Source of the DNA: Dehalococcoidia bacterium
GTDB taxonomy: Bacteria > Chloroflexota > Dehalococcoidia > Lucifugimonadales > UBA3495
NCBI GenBank assembly: GCA_965207585.1
Contig: CBDBMT010000002.1
Location: 81,740 to 145,739, forward strand
Length of the DNA: 64,000 nucleotides
Direction of reading: 5' to 3'
The notes below the pieces were generated by a model, which saw only the letters and a program-made list of their open reading frames with translations, made no database searches and was not told the origin of the DNA. The translations under genes and the position numbers were made by a program. Positions 63,386 through 64,000 of the stretch are shown here, piece after piece (positions within the stretch are counted from its first letter, which is position 1; each line of letters opens with the position of its first letter).

Positions 63386-64000
63386 ATGGATCTGGAACTG
63401 AACGGCAAGGTGGCAATAGTGGGCGGCGCCAGTCGGGGGCTGGGCCGCGCGTGCTCGGAGGTATTGGCGGAGGAGGGAGCGCGGGTGGCGATGTGCGCGC
63501 GGACTCCATCAGTCCTGGAGCAGGCGGCCGATGAGATACGGGCCGCCACCGGGGCGGATATCTTCACCTACGCTGGCGACCTGGACAACGAGGAGACCAT
63601 CGCCGAACTGGTGGCGCAGACGGCCGCGCACTTCGGGCAGATTGACATCATGGTCAACAATTCGGGAGGGCCGCCGCAAGCCTACGCCAAGGATTCCACC
63701 GAGGAACTCTGGCAAGTCTCCGCCAACCGCTCGCTGTTCTTCTTCGCCCGCATGACCCGTGAGGCCCTGCCGCACCTGCGGGCCCAGGGCGGCGGAAGGA
63801 TCATCAACATCCTGGCCAGCACCGTCTACACTCCCATCCCCAACCTCGCCCTTTCCGCCGCGACGCGCATGGGCGTGATCGGGTTCATGAAGAACCTGGC
63901 CGACGACCTCGGGCACGAGAACATCCTGATCAACAACGTGTGCCCCGGCAGCATCATGTCAGAACGCATGATGGAAAACGTGGAGGACCGGGCTCGCACC
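63386..64000 (+). CDS. SDR-family oxidoreductase, 3' end beyond the window
   Basis: Not in the ORF track because there is no stop within the window. GAGGAGG RBS, then ATG at 63386. MDLELNGKVAIVGGASRGLGRA..., NNSGG, ...CPGSI... Confidence 0.8.
   Translation, partial: MDLELNGKVAIVGGASRGLGRACSEVLAEEGARVAMCARTPSVLEQAADEIRAATGADIFTYAGDLDNEETIAELVAQTAAHFGQIDIMVNNSGGPPQAYAKDSTEELWQVSANRSLFFFARMTREALPHLRAQGGGRIINILASTVYTPIPNLALSAATRMGVIGFMKNLADDLGHENILINNVCPGSIMSERMMENVEDRART

Overview
GC-rich, densely coding bacterial chromosome segment. The gene content (F420/deazaflavin DDN-type reductase, DinB/TIGR03086-type protein, CysO-like sulfur carrier, REP-like hairpins that translate as FDRLRMSG or IPAFAGMT) suggests Chloroflexota or Actinomycetota, but taxonomy cannot be proven from this window. 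There are no rRNA genes, CRISPR arrays, transposases or integrases. One tRNA-Thr(CGU) is present. The main block is a complete hopanoid biosynthesis cluster at about 14.4-24.5 kb (polyprenyl synthase, hpnH, hpnG, hpnA, shc, hpnC, hpnD, hpnE) with an embedded yjbQ-like gene. It is followed by co-directional sugar/nucleoside-type genes. Other content: ubiA/ubiD split by a hicAB module; a vapBC-like module; a plant-type LRR protein; a TPP enzyme next to a flavin-dependent-halogenase-like gene; a ThrC-like/NIL/CysO-like trio (probable sulfur-carrier-dependent homocysteine or cysteine synthesis); a GDYXXLXY/DUF2157-DUF4401 membrane operon; plsX-fabG with a HadAB-like hotdog pair; a probably circularly permuted family III CoA-transferase; two beta-propeller genes; tandem dienelactone hydrolase paralogues; an accessory-looking patch at about 44.8-50.3 kb with TA-like and HEPN-like genes; an orphan AprA-like flavoprotein without AprB; a frameshifted amidohydrolase; and a secreted peptidase-MA protein with a C-terminal sorting-signal-like tail. 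The strongest hidden signal is at 47353-48873. A thioredoxin-fold + NHL-repeat gene is split in the ORF track by a single in-frame TGA that falls exactly on the first redox position of its CxxC motif. A SECIS-like hairpin follows the TGA, so this is a candidate selenoprotein. Many long ORFs in the track are antisense shadows of real genes, as expected for GC-rich DNA, and were rejected. Start codons were re-derived by eye from RBS positions and homologue N-termini. No database search was run.
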